A stretch of DNA of 64,000 nt from Felis catus (taxonomy: Eukaryota), in NCBI RefSeq assembly GCF_018350175.1, contig NC_058369.1:2482001-2546000 (forward strand), given 5' to 3'. Of the stretch, positions 60,635 to 64,000 are shown piece by piece; within the stretch, counting starts at the first letter, position 1; the number at the start of each line of letters is the position of its first letter. Made by a program: the position numbers and the translations under genes. The notes under the pieces are model-generated. The model searched no databases. It was not told the DNA's origin and saw nothing but the letters and a program-made list of their open reading frames with translations.

Positions 60635-63600
60635 CCGCGCCCACAGCCGCCCGGAGGCTGCGGCCTGGCCCAGGTGAGCCGCCAGGCGGCCCCACCCGCC
60701 CCCACCCCCGCCCCCCACCCCCCCGTCTTGGCCAAACACCCCCTCGTTCTCCATGCCCTCCCCACCCCCCAGGGGGGATGCCGCTGGAGACCACAAGGAG
60801 CCCCCAGGTTGGGATGGTGGGGACGGAGCTAGAGAGTCACCCTCCAATCCCCCCTTTGATCAGGGCTGGGACAGAGGGTGGAACCGGGGTAGAAGGGGGT
60901 TGGGGAATCCTTCCAGAAGGTTTTGAAGGATGAACAGAAGTTCACTTGAGAGGCCAGGTTTGGTCTGGGGTGGGGCATGCTGCGAGGGAGGGGCTTCTGT
61001 CCTGTCCTGTGACTCTCCCAGCTGGGCCCCTGTCCAAGTTCCTCATTTGGTGTCACCGCGTTCAGTGAGCTGGCGAAAAAGTGGAATGTTTGCCCCGCTC
61101 ACCAGCATGCCCCCCCCAAAGAGACCCCCCCCCCCAACAAATCCCCAAGAGTGTATTTTGCCACCAGAGAGAACAACTTTATCAACAACTAAGCACCTTC
61201 TTTGGGGGAATGAACAGTGAGCCTAAGGGGCCAGTAGGGAAACATAACTGACCACAAGCCTTGATGAGCCTCATCTGTGAAATGGGTTCACGAAAGTCGC
61301 CTCCCCAGAAGCAGCAGGGAGGATCCGCTCGGGGATGCGGTGTTTTCCCAGCTGAGCCCAGGACCCGCCACCTGGAAAGCTCTTGATCATTTGTTTTCAT
61401 TTTGTTTTTGTTTTGTTTTGAATCATGAGCGCCGTCGTCATCAAAGCGCCGCGCCTGGGGTCTGGCGCGAAGTAGATGCTCAGTTAGGGGCTGCGCATGC
61501 TTTTCAGACCCTGCCAAATCAGCACGCGCAGAGTCGAAGGTCACGGGATCAGACAACTAACAGGCGACCCATGCACTTTAACACCCTGGGACAGCAAATC
61601 CTTTCTGAGCACCTACTATGCGCTAGGCACTGTTTGGGGACAGCGCTCGGGGACACAGCTGTGAATGACCAGAAACGGGGCGGGGGTTGGGGGAGAACTG
61701 CCTTTGTGGCAGGGAGCAGGGGAGACAAGATGAGACAAGAATAAACACAACTGTTTGCCCCCGGGGGTTGCCAGATGAGGAAACAGCCTCGGTGGCCAGT
61801 CCTTTTCCAAGGCGGACCGCTGGCCTCTGAACCTGAGCAGACAGGGGCCCTGGGGTTCCTGGAACCCAGCCTGGCCAGGGCAAGGGGGCGGGCGGGGGGC
61901 GATGTCGTCGGCCTGCATGCCCCCCCATCACCGCACCCTAACGCCCCTCCCTTCTCCGCCAGGTGAGGGGCCTTCCCACCCCAGGAGGGCCTCCCGCTTC
62001 CAACCGACCCCGGACTTTTCCGTAAATTACAACCAAGTTTGGACACCAGCCCCACCCCCTCCCGTCTCCCCTTGCCCCCCCCCCCCCGCCCGCTCCCTAA
62101 TGTGAAACACTACTGCGGGCCACACGGAGTGGGAAGGGGGCTTCGTGGTCCGCCCCAGCTGGGGAGGGGGGCTCCTGAGTTGGGGGCCGAGGGCTTCACT
62201 GCCCCCACCCTTGGTGGCTTCCCCAAATTAAATCACAACTTTTCCTATATATATATATATGCATATATATATAGAGCTATAGACAGTATATATATTTTTT
62301 GAGTATAGATCATGGGACCAAACTTTTCCGACTTCCTTCCATCCAAGAGAAGGTGACCCTGGCCCGGTCACTCAGCAGGGACATAAGAAGGGCTGAGGAT
62401 GACCGGGCAGCCCAGTGTGTCCCCACCTCCCGCTGTCATGTCAGACCAGGGCACGGAGAAGCACTGGGAATCATCAGCCAACGCGATATACCTCCAGGAC
62501 ATTGGGCCCCTGCCACCGACGTTCTCGCAGGCCCTTGGGCTCGGCCAGCTCGAGTGTCCCTGGTCTTAGCTGCAGCTTCTGGAACCCCTACCCCCTCCCT
62601 CACCCCAGGGCCCTGCCTTCCCCGACGTAGGCAAAGAAGAGACCCCCCTGGCCTCCCACCCCCACCCCCGTCATAGCCTTACTCATGTGACCAATAGCCC
62701 TTAGCTTTCCGTCAGGGGCAGACAGGGTCGGGGGAGCCCCCCTGCCCCTCGCGCCCCCTCCCAAGGGCAGGCAGCCGCCCTCCCTGCCTTCGGATCACCA
62801 GCCTGGAGTTCACGATCTCATGACCAAGATCGCCACGCGCGTTGGACAAACCCAACCCGCTCTGGCCCAGCACCCCTTTACCAGAGATACCTCTACAAAT
62901 AATTTTTTTTTTTGAATTTTGGTCTTTCTGAGAAGATACAAAGAAGAAAAGAGAAAAAAAAATGGGGAAAAAAAATCAGACAACAGTGGATTTTTGTTTC
63001 CTAGTTGGGGCGGGGAGGGAGGTCTTGTGGGGCGCCTCTGTATAGCTACTCAAACCGCGAAAACCCATCTTGAAGCACAGAGTCAAGTTCGTTGGACGTC
63101 CAGTGGGGCCTCTTGCCAAATGAGGCACCAGAGAACTTCATAAGCTCAAGAAAAAAAAAAATTTGTAAAGAAAAAACAGCCTTCCCTTTTGTTTCTACCA
63201 AAATGTGTTGACTGACCCAGAAAAAAAAAAAAAAAAAGAAAAAAAAAAAACCACATAGCAAAAAAAAAAAAAAAAAAGGAAAAGAAAAAAAAAATCTTAT
63301 GACCAACTTGTTTCGATATTCCAGAGTTTGATAATTGTTCCGAGACACTCTAGCGTGCCTGTGTCCTGTGCGTCTGCGTGTGCAAGCGTGTGCTCAGGGG
63401 CCACGAGGGGGCCTCGTCCGCGTCCCCGGCACCTGCCCAGCCCCGGCCAGGCCTGCTTGGGAGAGCGTGCTGGCGTGCAGTGGCGTTGTGTCCTTCTGGT
63501 CCATGTTTACTGGCTGTAAATACCATTTTTATACTCCACATCGAAGACCTACGTGATTTGTACGATGTACTTTATTTCTGCTACGAGTAATTTCATGAAG

Positions 63601-63635
63601 TTTCAACTTGCAAACCGACTTTTGGAGACAAATCG

Positions 63636-63636
<1 letters not shown>

Positions 63637-63671
<35 letters not shown>
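63637..63671. repeat. (CA)n microsatellite in the 3' UTR
   Basis: Directly visible. Confidence 0.95.
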
Positions 63672-63676
<5 letters not shown>

Positions 63677-63839
63677 AGGAAGACAAGAAAGGAACTTACA
63701 GGGAACTTTGGGTGGACTGGGTTTGCATTTCTGGCTGGAGAGGTCCTTGGCACTGTGGTGTGTTTCAGGTGAGAAGCTGCAACCATCATCTTAATGTCCA
63801 AACGCCTCTCTTTGGTCTGGAGAAACTGAAAGTTTATTT

Positions 63840-63845
63840 AATAAA
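63840..63845 (+). terminator. CELF5: CELF5 polyadenylation signal AATAAA
   Basis: Preceded by U-rich gtttattt and followed by a T-rich downstream element (gattttccctctctc). Confidence 0.8.
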
Positions 63846-64000
63846 AGTTTTACTTGCTAAAGGACCGGGTCCTCCCTGATTTTCCCTCTCTCGTCCACAA
63901 AAGCCCGCGTGCGTCTGGCCCCAGCGAGTTTCCCCGGGGCCAGAGAAAAACCCAGGTTTCAAGTGGGGATGCGGGAGGAGATATTCCAAGAAGGGAGGTC

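Larger units (their letters stand above)
61963..63865 (+). other. CELF5: CELF5 non-coding terminal exon 13 (3' UTR)
   Basis: Branch point CCCTAAC at 61936-61942, pyrimidine tract and CAG at 61960-61962. No interspersed repeats recognised; A/U- and GU-rich blocks lead to AATAAA. Confidence 0.75.

Noticed and set aside
61740..61745. AATAAA inside intron 12 as an alternative poly(A) site
   Set aside because: Embedded in L2-like remnant sequence with no clear downstream element. Cannot be supported without 3'-end data.

Overview
This is mammalian genomic DNA, not prokaryotic. The tRNA-derived carnivore SINEs of the SINEC_Fc type point to a felid. The window holds the last two coding exons and 3' UTR of NCLN (nicalin, + strand, stop at 310-312), a repeat-rich intergenic stretch of about 13 kb, and the complete CELF5 gene (CUGBP Elav-like family member 5 / BRUNOL5, + strand, ATG 15198 to AATAAA 63840). 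I assembled 12 coding exons by hand. All have GT-AG boundaries, their phases chain correctly, and they total 1458 nt, giving a 485-aa protein with three RRMs. A non-coding exon 13 follows. Most entries in the supplied ORF track are artefacts of GC-rich, low-complexity or repeat DNA. The most interesting signals concern how CELF5 might be diversified and regulated. (i) An apparently unexplained alternative first coding exon in intron 1 (28553-28613) has a strong Kozak context, a GTAAGT donor, the right phase for exon 2 and an NLS-like PRKRQK. (ii) Further internal promoter-like islands (about 34.4, 43 and 58 kb) would give RRM1-less or RRM3-only proteins. (iii) There is a near-consensus REST/RE1 silencer, paired RFX X-boxes and a CArG/octamer/SOX module. 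(iv) RRM1 and RRM2 share intron positions, so exon blocks 2-4 and 3-5 are frame-symmetric, allowing hybrid RRMs or stop-free circles. (v) An internal acceptor in exon 11 would create a frameshifted NMD isoform, and the 3' UTR acceptor regenerates a donor. (vi) Ancient L1M and L2 fragments look locally homogenised. All isoform and regulatory claims are inferences from sequence and need transcript or chromatin data.
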